A stretch of 64,000 nucleotides of DNA, from positions 186,001 to 250,000 of IMG/VR virus record IMGVR_UViG_3300005253_001115. One strand, 5' to 3'. Below are positions 48,336 to 57,546 of this stretch, in pieces. Under the pieces are notes generated by a model. The model made no database searches, was not told the DNA's origin, and was given only the letters and a program-made list of their open reading frames with translations. Each line of letters begins with the position of its first letter. Within the stretch, counting starts at the first letter, position 1. The translations under genes and the position numbers were made by a program.

Positions 48336-48761
48336 CTATATCTTCGCCACCTTCGCACATTTGTCGCACTTCTGCCTATGGATTTTGGCGTACCCAAATA
48401 GCTCATGGCTACAGTCAGTACCTGTGCAGAACACTCGGTGCTCGCCAGCGTTGGGCGTAATGGCAAACAGGTCTCCGGGTCCAGCCTCCGAGGGTTTCAC
48501 CTTCGTGAACCACCCATCGGCGTTCAAGTCTGCCAGGAACCGGGAGAGCTTGCCTCGCGTGGACAGATGCCCGCCCCCGCTCTTGAAGCCAGAAATGCGC
48601 TCGTAATCGCCTTTCTTCAACTTCTCAATCCAGATGTAAACAAAAGTCCGCTCGCCGTTCATGTCCGTGATCCAAAGGCTATCGGGATTGATCCCGAACT
48701 CCTTGGCAATGAAGTCAGTCCATTTGTGAGTGAACTCTTTTGCTTTCTTTGTAACGGGCAT
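48336..48761 (-). CDS. hypothetical protein with C-terminal zinc finger
   Basis: C...C...CDKC; start probably MPVTKK. Confidence 0.55.
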   Translation of the reverse strand: MPVTKKAKEFTHKWTDFIAKEFGINPDSLWITDMNGERTFVYIWIEKLKKGDYERISGFKSGGGHLSTRGKLSRFLADLNADGWFTKVKPSEAGPGDLFAITPNAGEHRVFCTGTDCSHELFGYAKIHRQKCDKCAKVAKI

Positions 48762-49228
48762 TAGCGATACACCTGCATTGTAGGTAGCGGCTGCGGATCG
48801 AGAGACAACGGGATCAGCCAACGCAGATTGAATAGCACAGACCCAGGCAGTTGGTCAACATACGTGATGACAACTTTCTCGTCTGTCGTGGATTTCAGTT
48901 GCTCAAGCGGGATGTTGAAAGCCTTGAAGCACTCTACCTGCCACGAGTCGTTACCCATTATATGGAATGATTGCCAGACCTCGACTTGCGTACTGAATCC
49001 GGTTTCTTCTCGAAACTCCCGAACCATGGCCTCTAGACCGGCACAGCTAGCGCCATGATCGCGATCGAAGTCCTCTATCATACCACCGATGCCATTCAGG
49101 TGCCCTGCCTGCCACTCAGGCTTGATTTTGCGGATCAATGCCACCCTACCCCGTTGGGGCCACATGTTTGGCTTAGGCTGGGGGATGTCGAATGCGAATC
49201 CGAGACAGTAACTCGTGAATTCTGTCAT
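48761..49228 (-). CDS. Nudix hydrolase
   Basis: KPEWQAGHLNGIGG.IE...AMVREFREETG, with an insertion in the Nudix box. Confidence 0.85.
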   Translation of the reverse strand: MTEFTSYCLGFAFDIPQPKPNMWPQRGRVALIRKIKPEWQAGHLNGIGGMIEDFDRDHGASCAGLEAMVREFREETGFSTQVEVWQSFHIMGNDSWQVECFKAFNIPLEQLKSTTDEKVVITYVDQLPGSVLFNLRWLIPLSLDPQPLPTMQVYR

Positions 49229-49602
49229 TCGCTGACCTTGCGGTCAGGGTTGCGGGCGCTCCACTTCTTGCCCCTCTGGGCACGGCGGCGCTCCTCGAAT
49301 GCAGACTGCCCATCGTCACCAAGAGGGTGACGGTCGGACATGGCAATCTTCGTATTGACAGCCGCAGCCATCCCTTTCACCGCATCCTTGAGGCCACGGA
49401 TGCGATCCTTCTCATCGCCGTCCATGTTGCCCGTCCAGATACGGAGGGTATTCTTGCGGAACTTACGACGACGCGCAACGTCCGGGTCCCCGGAGGACAT
49501 GGGGACAGCATCAAGGAAAACTGCCGAGGGGTCAATCCCGAGGAACGTAGCGACATCATCAACAAGGCCGACCTGCTTTCTGCGAGACTTGGGCACGGGC
49601 AT
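49225..49602 (-). CDS. hypothetical protein
   Basis: 125-aa ORF with a GAGGAG SD upstream; weak similarity to the 48336 ORF (FLGIDP / FGINP). Confidence 0.6.
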   Translation of the reverse strand: MPVPKSRRKQVGLVDDVATFLGIDPSAVFLDAVPMSSGDPDVARRRKFRKNTLRIWTGNMDGDEKDRIRGLKDAVKGMAAAVNTKIAMSDRHPLGDDGQSAFEERRRAQRGKKWSARNPDRKVSE

Positions 49603-49715
49603 CTCTTACTCCTCGGTCTCTGCGGCTCAGAACTTTAGCGAAAACTTATACCGGGTGTGGTTTCCCACTTGAACGGCTTCTCAGCGGTTTCCCGCTCCAC
49701 CACGCAGCCCGGCGG

Positions 49716-49967
49716 CTACGAAGGGTTTGTGTATCTCTCCACGAGGAGAGGCGCGGCATCAAGGATCGACATGATATCCTTCTTGCCAACCCCCGTTGCG
49801 TCGTGCAACAGTAGCACAATCGCTCGTCTTTTCAAGCCAGATTCGTTGATCTGGTCGAAGCCGTCTGCCACTTTGTGGAGGCTGGAGACTATGATGCTGA
49901 GCGGCTCCTCAGTATCGTTATCGACCGTAACATGGGAGTTCTTGAGTTCTTTCTTAGGTCTGGGCAT
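49716..49967 (-). CDS. hypothetical protein
   Basis: 83-aa coupled ORF. Confidence 0.6.
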   Translation of the reverse strand: MPRPKKELKNSHVTVDNDTEEPLSIIVSSLHKVADGFDQINESGLKRRAIVLLLHDATGVGKKDIMSILDAAPLLVERYTNPS

Positions 49968-50229
49968 TCTTCCTCGCTTTCTGCGCCTCTATTGCTGCTC
50001 GTCTACCTGTAGATGCGGCGTTCTTGGGCGTGGCCTCTGCAAGATCGCTGGGCCAGTGTTTCGGGTTGTCCGTCCAGTCATTGCCATCTTGATGCAAGAA
50101 GACACCCCACATCTTACCTTCATGCTCTGTCTTAGCAAAACAGTCCAGCCCTTGACTGTGCCCTTTGGGTCGGATACATCCCAGACCCAGACTGGGATAG
50201 CCCATGCTGCACAGTTCACCGCCCGGCAT
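49954..50229 (-). CDS. hypothetical protein with GRRAAIEAQKARK tail
   Basis: Probable start MPGGEL at 50229. Confidence 0.55.
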   Translation of the reverse strand: MPGGELCSMGYPSLGLGCIRPKGHSQGLDCFAKTEHEGKMWGVFLHQDGNDWTDNPKHWPSDLAEATPKNAASTGRRAAIEAQKARKNAQT

Positions 50230-50398
50230 TTTTCCTCGCTTTCTGCGCCGCGATTGCTGCTCGTCTGCCTGTCGGCTCGACCTTAGGTAGCTCGGTCTTC
50301 GCCTTGGGCATGGTACTGATAGCCTCAGCACACAGATTAAACGCCCAGATGGCGTAGTCCCCAGGATACGATACGTCTTCATTCTTTTTATACGGCAT
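50216..50398 (-). CDS. hypothetical protein with GRRAAIAAQKARK tail
   Basis: 60-aa coupled ORF. Confidence 0.55.
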   Translation of the reverse strand: MPYKKNEDVSYPGDYAIWAFNLCAEAISTMPKAKTELPKVEPTGRRAAIAAQKARKNAGR

Positions 50399-50573
50399 TT
50401 TTCCACCACTCCTTGTCTATCTTCTCAAGCTCCGGCCCGAGTTTACTAGGAAAGACCACGGCGTAGCCCTCATCGTCGTTGATCTCGATGTGGTCGTGGT
50501 TGGTAGTGAGACGTGCAACTGCCTTGTAGAAAGCGCGCAACTTATCTAGTTCGGCTGCTTCTTTCTCAGTCAT
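50388..50573 (-). CDS. hypothetical protein
   Basis: Small ORF in a minus-strand run. Confidence 0.5.
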   Translation of the reverse strand: MTEKEAAELDKLRAFYKAVARLTTNHDHIEINDDEGYAVVFPSKLGPELEKIDKEWWKNAV

Positions 50574-50583
50574 TTGCGTCTCA

Positions 50584-50796
50584 TCAATGTAACAGCGCTC
50601 TACGCTGCAACACCTGCGCCATGGCAGCCTTGAAGTTGGCTGCTGCGATCAGTATGTCCTGGGTGTTTCGGTCTTTCACCACCTGTACCAACTCATCGAG
50701 AGGCAGTGGCTCCAACGATTCTGCGAACGTAACGAACGCCCGAGACAGCGTGGGCAGATCTGCAAGTACATCGTTAACTGATAGATTCTTCATCAA
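50584..50796 (-). CDS. hypothetical protein
   Basis: Small ORF in a minus-strand run. Confidence 0.5.
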   Translation of the reverse strand: MMKNLSVNDVLADLPTLSRAFVTFAESLEPLPLDELVQVVKDRNTQDILIAAANFKAAMAQVLQRRALLH

Positions 50797-51088
50797 AAAA
50801 CTGCCTCAAGACCACTTTGGTACGGTCGGCAATGACCATACCCATCGCTTCCACCACGGCTTCCACCGGACCGTTGTATGAGCCTACTAGCAAGTTTCCC
50901 GCCAACACCCGGGAAGGACCCTCGTCCCGTATGTGGACAGTGTATCCCTTGATCGTCAGGATTCCGGTTGAGGAGTCTGCCTTGACGTGGAAGTCGTGAG
51001 AGTCCTCAGGACCGCCCTCAAACAGCTCCACTGCCCTTTCGGCTGCCATCAGGGCCTTGCTGAAATTACTCATCTTGCTCTGGTCCAT
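50774..51088 (-). CDS. hypothetical protein
   Basis: 104-aa ORF. Confidence 0.55.
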   Translation of the reverse strand: MDQSKMSNFSKALMAAERAVELFEGGPEDSHDFHVKADSSTGILTIKGYTVHIRDEGPSRVLAGNLLVGSYNGPVEAVVEAMGMVIADRTKVVLRQFFDEESIS

Positions 51089-51290
51089 ACTGAACTCCCA
51101 TTCGCTCCTCGTAGGAGGGCGTCTTAGGGTAGAGATCTTTTACCCTTTGTTGGCGTTTTTCTTCCTCATCCCACGCAACCGCTCTATTTTTTGCGTCCTG
51201 CCACAAAAGAAAATGCACCCAGCCAAACACAGAGATGACGATCCCTGCGGGAAGCCATGCAACTACAGTGACCCAGACCTCAGCGTTCAT
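51066..51290 (-). CDS. small membrane protein
   Basis: N-terminal hydrophobic helix. Confidence 0.55.
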   Translation of the reverse strand: MNAEVWVTVVAWLPAGIVISVFGWVHFLLWQDAKNRAVAWDEEEKRQQRVKDLYPKTPSYEERMGVQYGPEQDE

Positions 51291-51600
51291 GACGCTTTCT
51301 CAGGCCGAACCAGAACTCTTGCATCTTGCCCAGCATGTAGTGGGTGATCTCCCCCACGCTGAGTTTGGCGATCACTGAATCGATGCCACAAAAGGGGCAC
51401 AGTGCCGTGGCGTTACCGTGCATACCTGCATCCGGCATGCGAGATAAGAACGGGGTATCGTCAATCCACTCCTTGATAGGAAAATCCAGAGGGTCCCAGA
51501 TGCGCTCGCAACAGAAACACCCCACCTGATTCGATGCCTCGATGGCGTGTCGATTCAGAGTGGACTTGCTGTGGATCTCGTGAAGCTGGCTTTCATTCAT
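51280..51600 (-). CDS. zinc-binding hypothetical protein
   Basis: GCFCC...EWID...TALCPFCGIDSV. Confidence 0.7.
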   Translation of the reverse strand: MNESQLHEIHSKSTLNRHAIEASNQVGCFCCERIWDPLDFPIKEWIDDTPFLSRMPDAGMHGNATALCPFCGIDSVIAKLSVGEITHYMLGKMQEFWFGLRKRHER

Positions 51601-51957
51601 GAGTTACCTTTAGACAAGCTGAAAAAGTTTGGCTCCAATCCCGAATTTCTAAAAAGCTGGCGTATCTCTGTGGTAGTTCCGGGAACGATCAACCCGGGTA
51701 CGATAGCAGCAGACGTGGAGAATGTACGGAGTTCTCTCCCGATGGCCACTGGCGCTGCGCCAATAGGCGATTCTGGTTTTGGGGCGTCTCCCTGAGGTCC
51801 AGATGAATTGTATCCAAAGACCAGAGACATCTGCGAGGACTAGGGCAACCAGAGAACAACTGCTCCACTGTAACACATGATATCACCCCAATATTGATAT
51901 GAAATAGAGTAGATAGCATGACTCTGATACACAAGCCACCCACCAACTTGAAGGAAT

Positions 51958-52485
51958 ATGATAGTGAAATCACTCAAAGAAATGATGGAATTAGGACATA
52001 CTGTACAACTCGATGATGCCGAAGAGGAGATATATGCGGCACTCGCTGGCTCTGGTCACCTTGATTCGCACATGTTGACACTTGCCGGACCGCTCGACGG
52101 GAAGCCTCGGCCACCTGAATGGTTTCGGGAGGAATTCCACACTATGTGTGCCGCTTACTTGCGCATGTACGACGAAAACCCTCAATGGCACATGGTGATA
52201 AATCGAGGCTGGTCCGGCACTGGTCAATGGAGTGCGCACGTAACTTGGGTGAACGAGAAGCCCCGGAAATTGAAATTCTTCACTTGGTGGTGGAATAAGC
52301 GTTTCGGCACGATGCGTTGTGTGCTATCTGTACACTCGAATGGTCTCCGGTATATCGTAAAGAACATGGTGCAACCCGACGCCCGGACCTACGAAGGAGC
52401 ACGAAATCGCCGAAATACCAAAAAAAGAGGTAAAGGTTTCCGTGGGGTTACCGATAAAGAGACCGATGCCGAAATCGAAGGATGA
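51958..52485 (+). CDS. hypothetical protein
   Basis: 175-aa ORF after a strand switch. Confidence 0.6.
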   Translation: MIVKSLKEMMELGHTVQLDDAEEEIYAALAGSGHLDSHMLTLAGPLDGKPRPPEWFREEFHTMCAAYLRMYDENPQWHMVINRGWSGTGQWSAHVTWVNEKPRKLKFFTWWWNKRFGTMRCVLSVHSNGLRYIVKNMVQPDARTYEGARNRRNTKKRGKGFRGVTDKETDAEIEG

Positions 52486-52750
52486 CCCCAGAGAATTCAA
52501 GAACGAGAGCCTGCGAGACTGCTCAATGGACCGAGACGCCCAAGATATCCGCCGTCACGGGGAGCTTGAGAAGGCCAAGGACCGGGGCACCGCCAACATC
52601 GCCGAATACTTCTCTGGGATTCCGGCCGATCTGCTGACTGGGCTACCGGAGGTCATCAAGTCCCTTCCTGGGAAACTCGATGAGGACATGCTCGATATTT
52701 TGGCTGGTGCTCAACAAGCTCTGGAGATGCGGGACGCAGAAGACGACTAG
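52466..52750 (+). CDS. hypothetical protein
   Basis: Likely start MPKSKD. Confidence 0.55.
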   Translation: MPKSKDDPREFKNESLRDCSMDRDAQDIRRHGELEKAKDRGTANIAEYFSGIPADLLTGLPEVIKSLPGKLDEDMLDILAGAQQALEMRDAEDD

Positions 52751-52938
52751 GGCCTGTGCTGCCAACACTGGATAACGTCCTCGATATCCTCCCGCTGGCG
52801 TTTGCATCTCGAACCGGCCCGGGTATCTTCAACGCAGCGCATCAAGTCTGCCTCAAGATACTCCATGATGTGCTTGAGACGAGTACGCAACTCGTTCGTG
52901 ACGCGCTCGGAATCCCAGTCTAAATCGCTGTCGGCCAT
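52747..52938 (-). CDS. hypothetical protein
   Basis: 63-aa ORF with GAGG SD. Confidence 0.5.
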   Translation of the reverse strand: MADSDLDWDSERVTNELRTRLKHIMEYLEADLMRCVEDTRAGSRCKRQREDIEDVIQCWQHRP

Positions 52939-52954
52939 GCTGCCTCGCTCCCTA

Positions 52955-53296
52955 TTAGTGTATCCTACCTTTCATGGTCGCAGTTGAGACTGAAGTGGTG
53001 TCCTTCAGCGGATCTTGTCCTGCGGGAACGATGTAATCGAAACCCCGTATTTCTTGCTTTACTTTATTCAAGGTCGCTACCACACCATCCCAATACATCG
53101 AGAGATCCGGTGGCATGTCCCCGCCAGAGACCACTACGTGGTAGGCATTCGTCCTGATCTTCTGCTCAATCGCGAATCCAAGCTGGTGAGGGCCGGTGAT
53201 AATGGAACCCATCTGGCCCAGCTTGTCATTCCAGTTGACGATCTCGTAATCGAGGTATCCGATGCCTTTGCCGTTTAGCGTGAATCTGATACGCAT
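52955..53296 (-). CDS. hypothetical protein
   Basis: 113-aa ORF coupled to the upstream large gene. Confidence 0.6.
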   Translation of the reverse strand: MRIRFTLNGKGIGYLDYEIVNWNDKLGQMGSIITGPHQLGFAIEQKIRTNAYHVVVSGGDMPPDLSMYWDGVVATLNKVKQEIRGFDYIVPAGQDPLKDTTSVSTATMKGRIH

Positions 53297-55557
53297 TAGT
53301 AGCCCCTCAGCGTGGCGATGATAAGGGCCATGTGCTCAGGGTCGTCCCGAACCATAGCACCCCACATGTGCTCGTTGTAGAATGCCTGGACCCCCATAGA
53401 GACTAGCTCGCCATGCCCTTCCCGGTCACCGTAGCTCTTACCACAGTAGACAGAGAAGAAGTGGTCAGGAATGAACTCCTCGTTTTTGTCATAGTGCCTC
53501 AGGTCAGGATACGGCTGCCCTGTTTTGGGGTCAATATCCCCGTTCCTGACGAGGGGCTGGCCTTCTGTCCGGTTCTTGTAGAAACCAGAGAAACGTCGAG
53601 CTGTATCGGGGTTGCTAAACTCCATGTGGTGCGCGAATTCGTGGATGGCGATATCGTCCCTGTCCGAAGCCGACCCCCCGCTGTACTTGCGTGTGGTGTC
53701 CCACATCTCATGCTTAGGTACCTTCTTGAGGTCCGCCCCTACACTGAGGCAGATACGCCCGTCGGACGAGCTGGCGTAGGCTCGCACCATAACCTCCGAT
53801 TCCCATGTTATGCCCACCATCCCCGGCCCACCCACCACATCACGGTGGGCAATCGAGAACAGGTCTTGTAGGCTCTCTTGGATCTTAGCGGAATTCGGAT
53901 AGCGTGAGCTTTCCTCCAGCGTCTCCTTGGATATCTGGTCTCGGTGCTTCTGTCTCAAGACCAACAGCTTCTTTCCTGTCAAGCCAGCGATGCCCTTGCC
54001 TTTCGCGACTGTGTAGTCCTCATCTTTTTCGTTAATCTCAGCCCACGCAGCATTCCCTACATTGTGCAGTATTTCACCAGCGCTTTCGGCATCAATTTGG
54101 GTGTATTGGTTGACTTTCCTCATTGCATTTTTGATGGGTTGGCGAATTTTCTCCGCCTCCTTCAGGATCTTTTCGCTCGCCCGTAGTACGCCCATGTGCG
54201 CGTTTCTTCCGAGTTGGTCGATGGCATCTTTGTCGTCTTCTAGGTCAGAGACCAGTTTAGCGAATTCACCCGTCTCCAGAGACTTGCTGTCTCTACGCTT
54301 TAGGATGTCAGCCTTTCTAGTTTGGTACTCCTTTTCGAATTCCTCAGAAGCGTATTCTGCCTCTGCCAGGGCGGACCCTGCCAGCATGTAAGCTCTTTGT
54401 GCCGCGTCGATACCAGACCAATCAGCCCACTGCTTCATTTCCGTGGTCGCTTTCTCAGCAGCTTTGCGGTGATCGTGAAGATAGGAGTTCGGTGTCCATG
54501 ATTCACTTAGACCGAAGCTCTCCCACAACATCCTGTTCGCCGACTCATCTCCAACTCTGGCCGAGCGGTCTAGTATTGCCATCGCCAGCTTCGTATTAGT
54601 CTCGAAGGGGGACCTTTCAACGGGGTCGATTTGTTGCCCCATTCGCATTCGAAGCAAGTTCTGAAGAGTAACGGGTGCATCGGGATCATCCACGAACATC
54701 CTAGCTAAGTCGGCTCCTCCGAGTGTGGGCGACTCCCGCCAACTCGCCAGAAGCTCTTTCATTTTCGTTATCTTGCGGTAGGCGAGGTCCCGCCCAGAGT
54801 CCGGGATAGCGTCCATGTCAAAATTAGACAACTGTAGTAGATCTTCTACCTCTAGAGTTTCCGGTCTATTTTGTACCTTGTCCCAGGTTTGAATGTCTCG
54901 CGGGTCGTCAGCCTTGATCGAGCTATTGAACTGATCCACAGCGAACTGGGCTTTGTCTACTTTCTTTTTGAAGTAGTTACCGCCTCTCTTGCTGGGCGGA
55001 ATATCCTTATTGCTAATAAACTCCAGCGCCTCGTTTACAGCGGCTTGTAGCGCCTCGACGGCCTTCAGGTTCTCGGCCCTGTCGTCGCTTTGGAGAGCCT
55101 GGGCAGCCTCTTTCAGCTTGATGGCTTTGGTGTTGCCCTTCGGGGTTCTAACCAGTACAGCCTGAAGGGACTCAAGAGCTTGAGCCACCATGTCCTTCTG
55201 GCGTGCCCACTGTCCTTCCGGCACCAACTCAATAGCCTCCGCAGAGGGGCCAGGCTCCTCAGGAGCGGGCTCGCTGGGCTTGTTGTCATCCCAGTCCACA
55301 TCCCGCTCGTTACGCTCGTCAGCGGAGTTCTCGTCGGTCCAGTAAGGGTTCTCTCCTGGCTCTGGTCGGTGAGCTTCTCCGTCGTGGCAGTCCTTGTCTT
55401 TTGAGATCCACCCGTCACCACAAGGGATATCGTCGGGACTGTTAGGTACTTTGTCGCCCGCGTAAGCAGGGTCCTCGTCTTCCGTAATGAAGCTGTCCCA
55501 ATTCAAAAAATCACGCATCGGTAGCCACCTAAAGGGGTTTACACTAGAAATAACCAT
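53296..55557 (-). CDS. large protein with C-terminal HExxH zincin-like domain (possible virion or ejected protein)
   Basis: N-terminal CGDGWISKDKDCH, helical middle, IHEFAHHME...YCGKSY...ELVSMG. Confidence 0.65.
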   Translation of the reverse strand: MVISSVNPFRWLPMRDFLNWDSFITEDEDPAYAGDKVPNSPDDIPCGDGWISKDKDCHDGEAHRPEPGENPYWTDENSADERNERDVDWDDNKPSEPAPEEPGPSAEAIELVPEGQWARQKDMVAQALESLQAVLVRTPKGNTKAIKLKEAAQALQSDDRAENLKAVEALQAAVNEALEFISNKDIPPSKRGGNYFKKKVDKAQFAVDQFNSSIKADDPRDIQTWDKVQNRPETLEVEDLLQLSNFDMDAIPDSGRDLAYRKITKMKELLASWRESPTLGGADLARMFVDDPDAPVTLQNLLRMRMGQQIDPVERSPFETNTKLAMAILDRSARVGDESANRMLWESFGLSESWTPNSYLHDHRKAAEKATTEMKQWADWSGIDAAQRAYMLAGSALAEAEYASEEFEKEYQTRKADILKRRDSKSLETGEFAKLVSDLEDDKDAIDQLGRNAHMGVLRASEKILKEAEKIRQPIKNAMRKVNQYTQIDAESAGEILHNVGNAAWAEINEKDEDYTVAKGKGIAGLTGKKLLVLRQKHRDQISKETLEESSRYPNSAKIQESLQDLFSIAHRDVVGGPGMVGITWESEVMVRAYASSSDGRICLSVGADLKKVPKHEMWDTTRKYSGGSASDRDDIAIHEFAHHMEFSNPDTARRFSGFYKNRTEGQPLVRNGDIDPKTGQPYPDLRHYDKNEEFIPDHFFSVYCGKSYGDREGHGELVSMGVQAFYNEHMWGAMVRDDPEHMALIIATLRGY

Positions 55558-55578
55558 CTAATGAGGGCATCGGATTCC

Positions 55579-56115
55579 CTAGTTGCCCCTTTCTTTCATC
55601 TTTTTGGCCCACTTCTTCTGCCACTCGGACTGCGGAGTGTCGTTCAGAATATCCTCGACCGAAGCCGTAGCCCTGTGTGGCCCAGAGGCTCTTGTTTGCG
55701 ATCTACGGGCTTTTCTCCTTCTAGGCGATGGCGGAGTGGCCTTAGCGAAGAGGTGGTCCCTCTGCTCGTCATAGTAACCGTCAGGGCCAGATTTGTAATA
55801 CTTCAGGGTTGGATCGTTGGTTCCCCAGTTCGGCGGGGGCGGCTTCCTTCTGGCTTCCTTCCGCTTCTTCTCCCTATGGTGGTAAGAGGTCCCCGTGGGG
55901 GGTTTTGACCTTATCACCGGCTCTCGGTACGGACACTTCCCTGCCTTGGTGGGGTTGGTGATTGCTCGGTAGGCCCAATTGACCAATTGGAACTCCATAT
56001 CTGGTAGATCCGGGTTCAGGTCAGGATGGGTTTCCCTGGAGAGCTTCCGGTAAGCGTTCTTGATCCGCTTCCTAGTGGAACCTCTTTCAATTTCGAGCAC
56101 CTTGTACGGGTCCAT
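55579..56115 (-). CDS. J-domain (DnaJ-like) protein
   Basis: MDPYKVLEI...IKNAYRKLSRETHPDLN...FQLVNWAY. Confidence 0.85.
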   Translation of the reverse strand: MDPYKVLEIERGSTRKRIKNAYRKLSRETHPDLNPDLPDMEFQLVNWAYRAITNPTKAGKCPYREPVIRSKPPTGTSYHHREKKRKEARRKPPPPNWGTNDPTLKYYKSGPDGYYDEQRDHLFAKATPPSPRRRKARRSQTRASGPHRATASVEDILNDTPQSEWQKKWAKKMKERGN

Positions 56116-56273
56116 GCGTCTAAATAGCGCATTTAGATGTTACAGTCTCCAAAAGATAAAGCCTCCGAAGCCTAACATAGCCAAGAGCGCAATTACCTCA
56201 ATTATGTCCATTAGTGACCAACCGCACCTCAGTAGATATATTTCGGCGCGTACCAACCGTACACCTAAACTGT

Positions 56274-56678
56274 TCATTTTCTCTCCTCTGCCGCGAAATG
56301 CTGCTGAACATCCGACAGAAGCTCGTCCAGCTTCCCCTCAAGGATGTCCTTGTAGCGATAGGTCTTCCCGGAACGGTGGTCCTTCACACGCTGATCGGAC
56401 TCGTGATAAGTCCTTACACGTTCTGTACTTGTAGCCTCTACTTGCGTTTTAGCGGCCTCTTTCATCAGAGGCACGAGGATATTCGTCATGCGCTTGAAGG
56501 CAGCCTTCTTGTTCTTTCCCTGCTCCTTATGCTCCTCGGCTTTAGCTGTAATCCCAGTTTCTACATGTGTTAATCGAACAGCCGTATCCCTTTTATTTCG
56601 ATTTTGACCACCTTTGCCGCTAGCGCGGTAGTAGTCGATTCTGATGTCTTCTTTACGAACTGTCTGTGGCCACGCCAT
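56274..56678 (-). CDS. stand-alone GGQ peptide release factor domain protein (ArfB/PrfH-like)
   Basis: YRASGKGGQNRNKRDTAVRLTH...Q..NK..A...RVRTY...RVKDHR; start MAWPQT. Confidence 0.88.
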   Translation of the reverse strand: MAWPQTVRKEDIRIDYYRASGKGGQNRNKRDTAVRLTHVETGITAKAEEHKEQGKNKKAAFKRMTNILVPLMKEAAKTQVEATSTERVRTYHESDQRVKDHRSGKTYRYKDILEGKLDELLSDVQQHFAAEERK

Positions 56679-56736
56679 TTTGTTTCTCACATGCTTATGT
56701 TTAGGAGGGAGTATTACTAAAGAAAGGATCATCTTT

Positions 56737-57540
56737 ATGTTACTATCATTGCCTTTTGAAGAGATAATTGCACGGTACCAGAAAGGAGAATCCCAAGCAC
56801 AACTTGCTAATAGCTTTAGTGTAGACCGGCGAACTATTAGGAGAAGGCTGGTTAAAGCTGATATACCTCTTAGGTCTGGTGGAGAGGCTTCCAAGGTCCA
56901 AAAAAACAAAGCCTTTACTGCATCCACTGTGGTAAACGAATTGGTCGATGGAATGTTATTAGGTGATGCTTGGATAGAGCAAGGACAAGACAACGCTCGC
57001 CTTGGTATTGAAGTGACCAAAAAATCCGAAGGGTGGATAGAACAGATATCTGATATCCTCACAGCGCACGAGGTCAAGCATTCCATAGGGTATAGAAAAC
57101 CCAGAGAAAAAATAATAAACGGCATTCATACCCGATCAAAGGAAAGCGTTATGCTTAGGACCAGTCTATATCCTAATTTTGCTGTCCAAAGACTACGGTG
57201 GTATCCAGAAGGTACAAAAATAGTGCCCAGAGATTTAGAACTTACTGCAAGTAGTATAGCTCATTGGTATTGGGGTGACGGATCAACCAGCAAGTATATG
57301 GTCCGTCTATACACGAACAATTTCTTAGAAAAAGACTGTGAATTCCTAGTAAGCTGTCTGTTGGAGTTCGGAGTAAGTTTTTCAATAAGCAAAAGTCGCA
57401 AAAATCCTGTTCTTAGTCTGTACAACAATTCTGAAAGAGAAAGGTTTCTGGACCTAGTTCGGGACCACGTTCCAGAATGTTTCGAATACAAAGTACAAAA
57501 ACCTGTAATAGTGAGAAGAAGCAAGCCTACTCTTTTTTGA
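56737..57540 (+). CDS. LAGLIDADG homing endonuclease with N-terminal HTH
   Basis: GMLLGDAWI and HWYWGDGS motifs, WYPEGTKIVP, LYTNNF, FEYK; AT-rich. Confidence 0.85.
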   Translation: MLLSLPFEEIIARYQKGESQAQLANSFSVDRRTIRRRLVKADIPLRSGGEASKVQKNKAFTASTVVNELVDGMLLGDAWIEQGQDNARLGIEVTKKSEGWIEQISDILTAHEVKHSIGYRKPREKIINGIHTRSKESVMLRTSLYPNFAVQRLRWYPEGTKIVPRDLELTASSIAHWYWGDGSTSKYMVRLYTNNFLEKDCEFLVSCLLEFGVSFSISKSRKNPVLSLYNNSERERFLDLVRDHVPECFEYKVQKPVIVRRSKPTLF

Positions 57541-57546
57541 AAATTC

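Noticed and set aside
51610-51960. Possible origin or ncRNA at the strand-switch region
   Set aside because: It is somewhat AT-rich but shows no iterons or convincing structure, and the short ORFs there are unsupported.
56679-57125. Long N-terminal extension of the release-factor ORF
   Set aside because: It is the antisense shadow of the LAGLIDADG gene; the RF domain begins at MAWPQT (56678).
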